Positions 35,080-42,384 of a stretch of DNA of 42,384 nt are shown here, in pieces. The DNA is taken from the IMG/VR virus record IMGVR_UViG_3300047491_001507, one strand, 5' to 3'. Position numbers and translations under genes: made by a program. Position 1 is the first letter of the stretch, and every line of letters begins with the position of its first letter. The notes beneath the pieces were generated by a model. It did not search any database and was not told the origin of the DNA. It saw nothing but the letters and a program-made list of their open reading frames with translations. This DNA comes from a virus.

Positions 35080-35540
35080 TTTTGAACATCCTTGTCGTCG
35101 CTCTCTTTTTGCCCAACACTTACATCGAAAAATTCAAAACGCATTCCGTCATCAGTGCTGCTTACTCTGGTAATAATATTCAAATTTCTAAAGAATTTTT
35201 CAAGTTCTTCCTGAATTCTATAGCTTTCATCCGATGCCAAACTTCCTTGTTTTAATGCCATATTTATTGATATGTTGGGTTTGCCAACTCGCCACATGCC
35301 ACAAGTACAAAATGGAATTTGTGGTGTATTGTGTTTAATTTCAACAAACTCAACCTTTGCCTCTGATTCGGTAATCTCTTCTGCATCCTCAATGTTTAAT
35401 GGACTAGTAATCCAAGTACGACTTTCATTGTTTGGACTACAAACTCTGTACCACTTATGCTCATCAATCCCGACTATTTTAACCCTAAAACCATTTTTCC
35501 AACGATAATATTTACCAACATTTTCAGGATTAGCATCCAT
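35076..35540 (-). CDS. Hypothetical protein (N-terminus MDANPE).
   Basis: AGGTGA RBS. Shares the N-terminus and initiation region with the next gene. Confidence 0.5.
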   Translation of the reverse strand: MDANPENVGKYYRWKNGFRVKIVGIDEHKWYRVCSPNNESRTWITSPLNIEDAEEITESEAKVEFVEIKHNTPQIPFCTCGMWRVGKPNISINMALKQGSLASDESYRIQEELEKFFRNLNIITRVSSTDDGMRFEFFDVSVGQKESDDKDVQK

Positions 35541-35555
35541 TTATTCACCTATTGA

Positions 35556-35846
35556 TCATTCATGCTTTTGTTTTTTAAATTCTTTCTTAAATTCAGCTAA
35601 TTTCTTTAAAAGTTTATTTGCCTTGCCATTTCCTATGGCATATTCGCCTTCATCAGTCATGACGAAACAAAGATACGAATATTTAGATCTGTCGTGCAGT
35701 ATGCTTTCTAATATCCCAAAAGCCAAATCTTCTAAAGAACCAAATTCTTCCTTAATTTCTTTAAGAAATTGATCATCGCACTTTTGCTCTATATTCCTAA
35801 ATTTCTGTAATAATTCATCAAATGTCATTTCAGGATTGGCATCCAT
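35556..35846 (-). CDS. Hypothetical protein (start reassigned to MDANPEMTF).
   Basis: GGAAGGTGG RBS 4 nt before ATG 35846. N-terminus is paralogous to 35076..35540. Confidence 0.45.
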   Translation of the reverse strand: MDANPEMTFDELLQKFRNIEQKCDDQFLKEIKEEFGSLEDLAFGILESILHDRSKYSYLCFVMTDEGEYAIGNGKANKLLKKLAEFKKEFKKQKHE

Positions 35847-36063
35847 TTGTCCACCTTCCGCAACCTTTTGTAATCCACTCATCATCGATTTTTTCTTGAA
35901 TAACACTTTCTCCATAACCAGTAGCAGGATCTATCGGATAATCTATGATTCGAACACTGTCATTTTCGTGTACCTTGACTCCGTTGGGCCATATATCCAC
36001 CAATTCATAGATTACCTCATAATCTCCTGCACTAAGGACAAATTTATCGCCAATATCATCCAC
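35830..36063 (-). CDS. Small hypothetical protein.
   Basis: ORF with short overlaps. Confidence 0.3.
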   Translation of the reverse strand: MDDIGDKFVLSAGDYEVIYELVDIWPNGVKVHENDSVRIIDYPIDPATGYGESVIQEKIDDEWITKGCGRWTNGCQS

Positions 36064-36250
36064 TTGGTTTCTTCCTAGCTTTAATCAAAGGACCACCACC
36101 ACATTGTGTACAAGAATGTGGATTATCAACAAACCCACGATCTTCAATATATTCGCCATCCTCGTATCCGCATTCAGCACACCAAAAAGTGTAAATATCG
36201 CCATTCCTAATATCAAATGAATATGGTTTAGGTGGTTCGCTTGAGTTCAT
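36056..36250 (-). CDS. Small zinc-ribbon protein. Paralogue of 34204..34446.
   Basis: See the paralogue entry. Confidence 0.5.
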   Translation of the reverse strand: MNSSEPPKPYSFDIRNGDIYTFWCAECGYEDGEYIEDRGFVDNPHSCTQCGGGPLIKARKKPSG

Positions 36251-36475
36251 TTAATTTTCCTCTACCGGAATTACTTCGCAATCATCTGGAATATCTGCAT
36301 CGTACATAGCAAATCCACAGCGATTAACAGCGACAACGACATTGCCCCACTTATCTTCAACAGGAGGGCTAATTTTTATATAACGAATTTCTTCATCCTC
36401 ATCTTGTGGGGTTTTAAACCACTGTCCAATTCCTAATTGACTAAATTTCATTTTCACAACCTTTCCCATCGCCAT
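36251..36475 (-). CDS. Small hypothetical protein (start uncertain: TTG at 36529 or ATG at 36475).
   Basis: ORF. Overlaps the Gly-rich ORF in another frame. Confidence 0.3.
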   Translation of the reverse strand: MAMGKVVKMKFSQLGIGQWFKTPQDEDEEIRYIKISPPVEDKWGNVVVAVNRCGFAMYDADIPDDCEVIPVEEN

Positions 36476-36683
36476 ATCCATCAAGACATCCGTCGCCACA
36501 TCCAGCCCCTGCACCTCTACCTTGACCAACTACATTAACTCCACAACATATGCTAGTGGTTGGAGGATTACCGCCACCACTACCTGTGCCATTTATTAAA
36601 CCTACAGAAAATGCAAAATGACCAACACCAAAACCAGTGCAATCCTCATAACCAGTACCTTCGTCATAACTGTTGTAGCCCAT
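36441..36683 (-). CDS. Small Gly/Cys-rich protein.
   Basis: AAGGTAG RBS 6 nt upstream. Confidence 0.35.
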   Translation of the reverse strand: MGYNSYDEGTGYEDCTGFGVGHFAFSVGLINGTGSGGGNPPTTSICCGVNVVGQGRGAGAGCGDGCLDGYGDGKGCENEI

Positions 36684-36689
36684 ACTACT

Positions 36690-36911
36690 CTACCTTTTGA
36701 TCGTAGAATTAACATCAGGCAACATATCTACTTCAAACTCAGAAACCCATGTTACGACCCAGATCTCAGGTTGATCCTCTACATGCAGTTCTTTATTAAG
36801 AACTGCAAATTTATAAGGAATGTAAGTGATAAGCTTTTCGATCACCCCACCATCAACATAATGAGTCAATTCGCATTGTTTATATCTTTTGGTATTCATT
36901 GGTGCGTACAT
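36690..36911 (-). CDS. Small hypothetical protein.
   Basis: AAGGAAAGG RBS. Confidence 0.45.
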   Translation of the reverse strand: MYAPMNTKRYKQCELTHYVDGGVIEKLITYIPYKFAVLNKELHVEDQPEIWVVTWVSEFEVDMLPDVNSTIKR

Positions 36912-36926
36912 GGCCTTTCCTTGTTT

Positions 36927-37103
36927 TTATTTACACCACACCACGATCTCATCGTCATAATGTTCAATTCTATTGGCAAAAGGACTTTTTAGATCACTTT
37001 CTTCAAACCAGACAATGCAATCCTGTTCTCCTTGTTCTTCAAACCATTGAGCAAGTGCTTTTGCCTGTTCAATGGTCAGATTTTCAAAAACGCATCTAGC
37101 CAT
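36927..37103 (-). CDS. Small protein (58 aa) missing from the ORF track. It fills the gap between flanking genes.
   Basis: Translated by hand: MARCVFENLTIEQAKALAQWFEEQGEQDCIVWFEESDLKSPFANRIEHYDDEIVVWCK. ATG overlaps the upstream stop (ATGGCTAG). AAAGGA RBS. Confidence 0.4.
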   Translation of the reverse strand: MARCVFENLTIEQAKALAQWFEEQGEQDCIVWFEESDLKSPFANRIEHYDDEIVVWCK

Positions 37104-37581
37104 TCTTCATTGTCCTTTCAATCCAATTACTGATATGTCGCAAAGCACCCCGTACAATAACCGACCGTCTAGAAGCCATAATCCGATCACTATTACTAGA
37201 AGTTATTGATTTGCCCCAATCCATAGACATTACAGACTCGACTACACCTAACAGGTTGATTTTCACCTCAAGCTTTTCATTTGTCCACCATGCACAAATC
37301 TTTATCACTACATCACAAAAACTAGCAATAGAAGATGATGGATCAGATGGGTTAATCAATCCACAAATCTTATCGGCTAATTTTGCTAACCCATCCAATG
37401 CTTCTGGGCGAAAATAAATTGAATTAAAACCAACGCTATTGGCGTTATCTGAATTCATATATTTCAAAGTCAACCTACGAAGAAAATAACCAAAATATTC
37501 CACTTTGGTCGTGTCAGAAAGATTCTGATCATTCAGAATAGTGATAACGGATTGTACTGAGTTTTCGCATTCTTGGTTCAT
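37096..37581 (-). CDS. Hypothetical protein (161 aa).
   Basis: AGGAAG RBS. Confidence 0.5.
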   Translation of the reverse strand: MNQECENSVQSVITILNDQNLSDTTKVEYFGYFLRRLTLKYMNSDNANSVGFNSIYFRPEALDGLAKLADKICGLINPSDPSSSIASFCDVVIKICAWWTNEKLEVKINLLGVVESVMSMDWGKSITSSNSDRIMASRRSVIVRGALRHISNWIERTMKNG

Positions 37582-37832
37582 AGTTTTCTTCCTTTTTGTA
37601 AGCTTGCTCTAGCCATATCCCTTGTAATTTCGTCTATTTCTGGGTCACCATCCTCCAAAATCTTAATTTGACTGAATGGAATTCCAGTAACAACTTTATT
37701 ATCGCCTGGACCACCCATATTATACACTAATACATCTACTGTGTCTTCGTGTATTTCTTGAATTTCACCAGTGCAATTCAAATCCCATCGATTCTTGATG
37801 GGAACTAACACTAAATCGCCAACAATCATCAC
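37578..37832 (-). CDS. Small hypothetical protein.
   Basis: ATGA-coupled. Confidence 0.4.
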   Translation of the reverse strand: MMIVGDLVLVPIKNRWDLNCTGEIQEIHEDTVDVLVYNMGGPGDNKVVTGIPFSQIKILEDGDPEIDEITRDMARASLQKGRKL

Positions 37833-38227
37833 ATCACCGTTGCCTTTCCTTCACTCACATGATTAGGTAAATCATTCAGTTCTTCTGGCAACAAACCTCG
37901 TTCGATCATTGTCGCTGTATGGATATAAGCTAATATATTCCATCCAGCTTGAGCCATGTGTGGCTCGTCTCGATGTCCTTCTAAATGTTTGAAAAGATGT
38001 CTTAAGGCACTATCAATATAGCGAGACAAAGGAATGCCTTTCTCAAAATTCCTGCTTTCATACTTTTTTGCACCTTCTTCAAACACTCTAGCAACAGCAA
38101 AAATCGCTGTTGCTGGCAACAAATCGTAACGACCTTTACCTTCTTGAATGTCTCTCTGGGCACCTGTTTGAAATTTTTGTCGTTCTCCAGAATCTTGGAG
38201 ATTACGGTCAGCGTATGGATCACTCAT
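37829..38227 (-). CDS. dATP/dGTP diphosphohydrolase-like protein (phage MazG-associated N-domain family).
   Basis: GKGRYDLLPATAIFAVARVFEEGAKKYESRNFEKG...SALRHLFKHLEG...HMAQAGWNILA matches the conserved block KPR.DLLP...GA.KY..NW.KG seen in phage dNTP pyrophosphohydrolase-like proteins. Confidence 0.5.
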   Translation of the reverse strand: MSDPYADRNLQDSGERQKFQTGAQRDIQEGKGRYDLLPATAIFAVARVFEEGAKKYESRNFEKGIPLSRYIDSALRHLFKHLEGHRDEPHMAQAGWNILAYIHTATMIERGLLPEELNDLPNHVSEGKATVM

Positions 38228-38228
38228 A

Positions 38229-38795
38229 TTATTCCTCGAAAGTTACTTTCATTTTAATACCAAATGTATCAGCATATTCATAAGCAACATATGGATCTTT
38301 TAAAATTGCTGCTTCTGCCTCAGGCCAACGATCACGAATTATTTCTAAAGCATAATAATAAGCCCAATCTGGATCTTTGGCTATAAAATGTTCAGCCTCA
38401 GGCCAACGACCTTTAATTTCGGTTGCGGCATAATGATATGCTTCTGCTGCATTTTGTTCTTGCAGAATTCTTTGTTTTTTCGAACTTTCTTTCATTACCT
38501 CAAATTGACTCTCAAACAATACAATATGACTATATTTGTAATTTGCAATCGGTCGATCAGGTTTTATAATATAACCACACCCAATAACTGGTTGTGCAAT
38601 AGAAGAAATTCCGCAGATTGTGCCTGTGCCTTTATCCAGATTGTCAAACTTAACTCTTGTTCCTTGTGGCAACTGTAAAAACTCTTCTCTGCTAATTTGC
38701 CTCCAAGCTCCTTCGTCTATTTCTTTACGCATTTGTTTCACAAACTCTTGATAATCCAACTCTTCATATTCTGTTCCTTGCTTTAAATCACTCAT
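38229..38795 (-). CDS. Hypothetical protein with two C-terminal GRWPEAE-x-I-x-KDP-x-AY-x-YA repeats.
   Basis: Repeat read directly. Shares its 5' initiation region with the downstream gene. Confidence 0.5.
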   Translation of the reverse strand: MSDLKQGTEYEELDYQEFVKQMRKEIDEGAWRQISREEFLQLPQGTRVKFDNLDKGTGTICGISSIAQPVIGCGYIIKPDRPIANYKYSHIVLFESQFEVMKESSKKQRILQEQNAAEAYHYAATEIKGRWPEAEHFIAKDPDWAYYYALEIIRDRWPEAEAAILKDPYVAYEYADTFGIKMKVTFEE

Positions 38796-38858
38796 TTTTT
38801 ATTCCTCGAAAGTTAAATTTATCTTAAGATCTTGACCTCACTACCCTTTCCCTTAATG

Positions 38859-39050
38859 TCATAGATTTTCGCCTTGATGGCTTTTAGGAGTCCACCCAGT
38901 TCCTAAGAAGATTACCGGAGGAGCAGAAAATTGCTTCTTTAACTTATTCTTTTTACACTTGGGACACTTCTTCTTGTCAGGATCTGACATTTTATGGAAA
39001 ATTTCTAAAGAATGTCCGCAAGCATCGCATTTATATTCATAGGTTGGCAT
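38859..39050 (-). CDS. FmdB-family zinc-ribbon protein.
   Basis: MPTYEYKCDACGH...CPKCK. Confidence 0.55.
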   Translation of the reverse strand: MPTYEYKCDACGHSLEIFHKMSDPDKKKCPKCKKNKLKKQFSAPPVIFLGTGWTPKSHQGENL

Positions 39051-39070
39051 GGAGTTAACTATAATAGATT

Positions 39071-39319
39071 ATGACTAACAAAGCAATAGAAAAAATCTGT
39101 AATAATTGTAAATTATACGATCCTCAAGAAGGCATCTGTCGAGTGGTTGTCTTAATGGAAGGACGGAAAGTGTATCTTCCTGTTGATCCCCACGAATCCT
39201 GTTTTTTTGGAGATGAATTCATCGAAGACGTTAAAGAAATCAAATTTTGGGTAGAAAACGAGAAAGGCGAAAAAATTGATGGCAATGGCATTGTGAAAAT
39301 TGAATACCCAATAGACTGA
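39071..39319 (+). CDS. Small hypothetical protein (Cys-rich N-terminus CNNC...C).
   Basis: ORF. Confidence 0.4.
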   Translation: MTNKAIEKICNNCKLYDPQEGICRVVVLMEGRKVYLPVDPHESCFFGDEFIEDVKEIKFWVENEKGEKIDGNGIVKIEYPID

Positions 39320-41374
39320 TCATTCTGCCATGTATATACGCTGTGCTGCCTCTACTGACTCTTTGACCAAGTTTCTATTACACTTCATTACTCCTGCCAA
39401 ATAATCAATATCTGCAAAAGCAAAGTCGTTTATCCCTTTAATTCCAGCAGAATATAAACGTTTGGCTCGTACCTGACCAATCCCTTTAATTTGACACAAA
39501 GAAACCAAATGACTTTCTACCCCATACAACAATCTCAATCTTAAAGTTTTCAATGCTTCTTTCTTGTTCCATTTAGCAGACATGGAATCAATTGCCTGAA
39601 TTACTTGCATTGTTCGATCCAAATCTACCAGCAAAGAGCCATGTAATGCTTGAAATGCCGGTACATTCTTCATACCTTTCAACATCGTATAGTAAGCATA
39701 TCCAAACTTAATCGCTGAATCAGAAAAGGCATATTGTCCAAACATTTTGCCAACTAATGATCCAAAACTTGACATTTCCTCTCGTTCTTGACGATTCACA
39801 ATGCCAAAATAATAAGAATCAATATTTCCCAATGCCATTGCAAGAGCGTAATCGTTATTTTCCAATTTTTTATCAAAAAGAAATGAAAAATTGCGTTTCA
39901 AAGTTGATACGTCAAAAGGGGAAAAATAAAACATTGAAGCAATAATGCCAACTGGAGTACACCGGTATTCTCCATCTTCCTCATAAATAGCTTTGCATTT
40001 AATCAAAGAATCAATAGTTCTTTCAATTACCGTATTATCAAAACCAATATCCTGATGATAAGCTAAACTACGCTTAAACCACTCCTTAAATCCTTCGTTT
40101 GTAGTAACATTTCCTTTATGAATTTCGCTTACCACATGGAAAGCAAGGGTTTTATAATGAGGATTCTCAGCCGTTCCTACATAATTCAAAAGAACCGATT
40201 TGATTGGAGTAGGCTTTTTTAAACGACTAATCCAACTGCCTTTTTCACTACTTGGAATGAAAATATAGGCATCGCCTCTTGGATCGTATCGAGGTCTACC
40301 GGCTCGACCAACTTCTTGCATAATGTCATAGTTTTCGACTTCTTCTAAACCTCGATGTACGCCTGTGATAACAACTCTACGAGCAGGCAATTCTACACCC
40401 CAAGCCAACGTGGAAGTTGCCACAATTGCTCTTAGACCTCCATTACGAAATCGATCCTCTAAAGCCAATCGATCTTTAAGATTTAAATCTGCATTGTGAA
40501 ATTCTGCTTCTACACCATGATACTCCAGACGTTTTAACATTTTGCGTCCGGTGTTTTTGGTGTGTACAAAAATCAAAAATCTATCATCAGGATACTGATC
40601 AACTAAATCGCAAGCAGCCTCAATTTTTATATCTTCTTTTTCATCATAACTACCAACATCCCTGTAAGGGCAATAATTAATATGAAGACTACAAGGACGG
40701 TAATTAGATCTCAAATAATAGGTATCTCGACCAGTCAAATCACTAACCCATTCGCAGATTTCATCCACATTAGGCATAGTGGCAGAAAGCATGACAATTC
40801 TAATATCTGGATTAATTTCCACTAATTTCATCAAAGCAATCTCAATATGATCGCCTCGATTAGGAACAGTTAACAAATGCGATTCATCAAAGGTCACAAC
40901 GCCAATATCGCTAAGAAAACTGCTTTTTTCTGATTTGTGATTTCTAGTTCTGGACGCCAACATTTCTGGCGTCATGATGATGATATTTGACTTTTCCAAT
41001 TCAGCAATTCTACGCTCTGTCAGACGATAATCGCCAGTTAGAATTGAAATGTTGTATTTGCTGAAATGATGACTTTCTGCGGTCCAACTCATTTCTTTTT
41101 CTTTGGCAAGGGCTTTCAAAGGAGCAATATAAGCTACTTTTTTGCCTTTGCTGAGTTCATAAGCCATAAACATTTCAGAACTTACGGTCTTTCCAGAAGC
41201 TGTACTGGAAGCGATAGCCGCATTATTATTGCTGGCATAAATATCGATGAGACGGGATTGGATAGGATTAAAGTATTCAAAATCCCATTTGGCGTAGGGA
41301 TATTGAGAGGTCGGAACTAATTCTAGTTTATCTTCGATGCATATTACTTTTGGCATATTTTCTCTTTTTAGCAA
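39320..41374 (-). CDS. Superfamily-2 DNA helicase, Hel308/Ski2-like, with a C-terminal helix-hairpin-helix.
   Basis: Walker A TASGKT. DESH box FDESHLL. Motif III LSATMPN. Motif VI QEVGRAGR. C-terminal GIGQVRAKRLYSAGIKGI HhH. Confidence 0.8.
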   Translation of the reverse strand: MLKRENMPKVICIEDKLELVPTSQYPYAKWDFEYFNPIQSRLIDIYASNNNAAIASSTASGKTVSSEMFMAYELSKGKKVAYIAPLKALAKEKEMSWTAESHHFSKYNISILTGDYRLTERRIAELEKSNIIIMTPEMLASRTRNHKSEKSSFLSDIGVVTFDESHLLTVPNRGDHIEIALMKLVEINPDIRIVMLSATMPNVDEICEWVSDLTGRDTYYLRSNYRPCSLHINYCPYRDVGSYDEKEDIKIEAACDLVDQYPDDRFLIFVHTKNTGRKMLKRLEYHGVEAEFHNADLNLKDRLALEDRFRNGGLRAIVATSTLAWGVELPARRVVITGVHRGLEEVENYDIMQEVGRAGRPRYDPRGDAYIFIPSSEKGSWISRLKKPTPIKSVLLNYVGTAENPHYKTLAFHVVSEIHKGNVTTNEGFKEWFKRSLAYHQDIGFDNTVIERTIDSLIKCKAIYEEDGEYRCTPVGIIASMFYFSPFDVSTLKRNFSFLFDKKLENNDYALAMALGNIDSYYFGIVNRQEREEMSSFGSLVGKMFGQYAFSDSAIKFGYAYYTMLKGMKNVPAFQALHGSLLVDLDRTMQVIQAIDSMSAKWNKKEALKTLRLRLLYGVESHLVSLCQIKGIGQVRAKRLYSAGIKGINDFAFADIDYLAGVMKCNRNLVKESVEAAQRIYMAE

Positions 41375-41376
41375 AA

Positions 41377-41401
41377 GAGGGGGATGGATTTCATCCCCCT
41401 C
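41377..41401 (-). terminator. Terminator-like GC hairpin (GAGGGGGAT / ATCCCCCTC) followed by TTTT on the minus strand, just upstream of the helicase start. Possible attenuator or partial terminator.
   Basis: 9-bp stem, 7-nt loop, T4 run. Confidence 0.4.
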
Positions 41402-41428
41402 CGAATTAAGAATAATTACAATGTTTGG

Positions 41429-41680
41429 CTAAGCATATTGTTCTTTATATTTTTGTCTTAAAGCTTTTTCTATTTGATCGCACATAGAAAAAAGTTCACT
41501 TGACGATTTTGAATTAGACAAAAAATAGTCAAGCGATTTATGGACGCTATAAAAATTAAGAACATCTGCCATGTCGCCTGCAAGTCGTTGATCAAATTTC
41601 ATAATCAATCGACTCAGATCTTCTTCAGAAATGTTTGCAGCGAACTCTTTTATTGTACCAGCAAAATCTTTAGCCATCAT
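41429..41680 (-). CDS. Small hypothetical protein (83 aa).
   Basis: ORF. Confidence 0.4.
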   Translation of the reverse strand: MMAKDFAGTIKEFAANISEEDLSRLIMKFDQRLAGDMADVLNFYSVHKSLDYFLSNSKSSSELFSMCDQIEKALRQKYKEQYA

Positions 41681-41688
41681 TACCTCAC

Positions 41689-42003
41689 ATGAAATCAGAA
41701 ATTTTTTTAAAAAATGAACTGGAGCAATTGCTCAAAGCCAATTGGACAAAAATAATTAATAAAGAGCAATTGCTTAAAACCATACTAGAACACGTTCGTG
41801 ACAACAATTACACACTCATAGACGCTTCCTCCAGTTTCAAACTTACAGTTACTAAAGTTACCCTACACTCTAATATTATCGAATTTTGCGTAGAATTTTC
41901 AATACCAAAATCCGAAAAATCAGTGTTTGGAACACATATTTATCATTTAGATTTATCTGGAAATTTTTCTTTAAAAGAAGTATACGGGTTAAACAACATC
42001 TAA
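41689..42003 (+). CDS. Hypothetical protein (104 aa).
   Basis: ORF. Confidence 0.4.
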   Translation: MKSEIFLKNELEQLLKANWTKIINKEQLLKTILEHVRDNNYTLIDASSSFKLTVTKVTLHSNIIEFCVEFSIPKSEKSVFGTHIYHLDLSGNFSLKEVYGLNNI

Positions 42004-42291
42004 AGACTTAACCAAAACCCCGTCTTCATCAAAATCCTCATCTTCATAAATGATTGTATTATCCTTTGATTCAAATTGCAATCCCAGATTAAAGGAATCT
42101 AGCATTACAGATCGTCTTTCCTTAGATGCTCTAACATAACAATAGTTATCTGTTTTTTGAACATCACCAAATTGATTTTCTTGAGTAATCCCGATTTCTA
42201 ATTGAACCCCATCAGGTAACATCAACCAAACCGATCCCCGATCTAACAACTGACGAATAATAAGACTTTGAATTTTCTTTGGTGCGTTCAT
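41989..42291 (-). CDS. Hypothetical protein (start reassigned to MNAPKK).
   Basis: AAGAGGG RBS before ATG 42291. The longer ORF-track start would sit inside a palindromic regulatory motif. Confidence 0.4.
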   Translation of the reverse strand: MNAPKKIQSLIIRQLLDRGSVWLMLPDGVQLEIGITQENQFGDVQKTDNYCYVRASKERRSVMLDSFNLGLQFESKDNTIIYEDEDFDEDGVLVKSLDVV

Positions 42292-42314
42292 TATCCCTCT
42301 TATTAATTTGAAAA

Positions 42315-42331
42315 GTGTACAAGATGTACAC
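42315..42331. promoter_or_regulatory. Palindrome GTGTACA-aga-TGTACAC about 24 nt upstream of gene 41989..42291. Same core as the 21024-21056 palindrome.
   Basis: Read directly. Confidence 0.4.
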
Positions 42332-42384
42332 ATCCTATTTAGTGATAATAATCACAACAAATCCAAAGAACCTGGATTTAGTAT

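Noticed and set aside
1-42384. Eukaryotic giant-virus origin, suggested by AT-richness, intron-like tRNAs and glycosylation genes.
   Set aside because: Bacterial features dominate: Shine-Dalgarno sites, ATGA/TAATG coupling, intrinsic terminators, Dam, HldE/GT9 (an LPS pathway), PspC and a prepilin signal.

Overview
This 42.4-kb window looks like a segment of a large virulent (jumbo-type) bacteriophage genome, or a similar mobile element of a Gram-negative-like bacterium. It is AT-rich (~35% GC) and almost entirely coding, in alternating strand blocks. Its signals are bacterial: AGGAGG/AAGGAG ribosome-binding sites, intrinsic terminators, ATGA/TAATG start-stop coupling, and tRNAs without an encoded CCA.

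Highlights:
(1) A tRNA locus (869-1413) with two complete tRNA frameworks, each carrying a 106-128 nt insertion in place of the anticodon loop, followed by a highly structured spacer and a strong terminator.
(2) A glycan-modification repertoire: bifunctional HldE (ADP-heptose synthesis), an RmlA/HddC-like sugar-1-phosphate nucleotidyltransferase, three or four GT9 heptosyltransferase-like genes, and two sulfotransferase-like genes. These flank a Gly-rich fibre-like protein with about 15 Ser/Pro decapeptide repeats.
(3) A complete PrkA / YeaH (DUF444, vWA) / SpoVR stress-sporulation kinase module on the minus strand, interleaved with a GT9 gene and a SAM methyltransferase and co-transcribed with GMP reductase. 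This is highly unusual in a phage-like context.
(4) Replication and nucleotide-metabolism genes: a terminator-bounded DnaE N-terminal fragment (PHP domain up to the GPGRGS motif), a Hel308/Ski2-like helicase, Dam methylase, DHFR, GMP reductase, a dATP/dGTP-diphosphohydrolase-like protein, a ClpP-like protease and an HNH endonuclease.
(5) Many small ORFs of unknown function, including several paralogous pairs: zinc ribbons, FmdB-like, MDANPE-N-terminus and a 310/332-aa tandem pair.

The window also holds a type IV prepilin-like protein, a PspC-domain membrane protein, a C2H2 zinc-finger/TnsA-like nuclease fusion, and a recurring palindromic operator-like motif, GTGTACA-N-TGTACAC.

All functional calls rest on motif recognition by eye. 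No searches were run.
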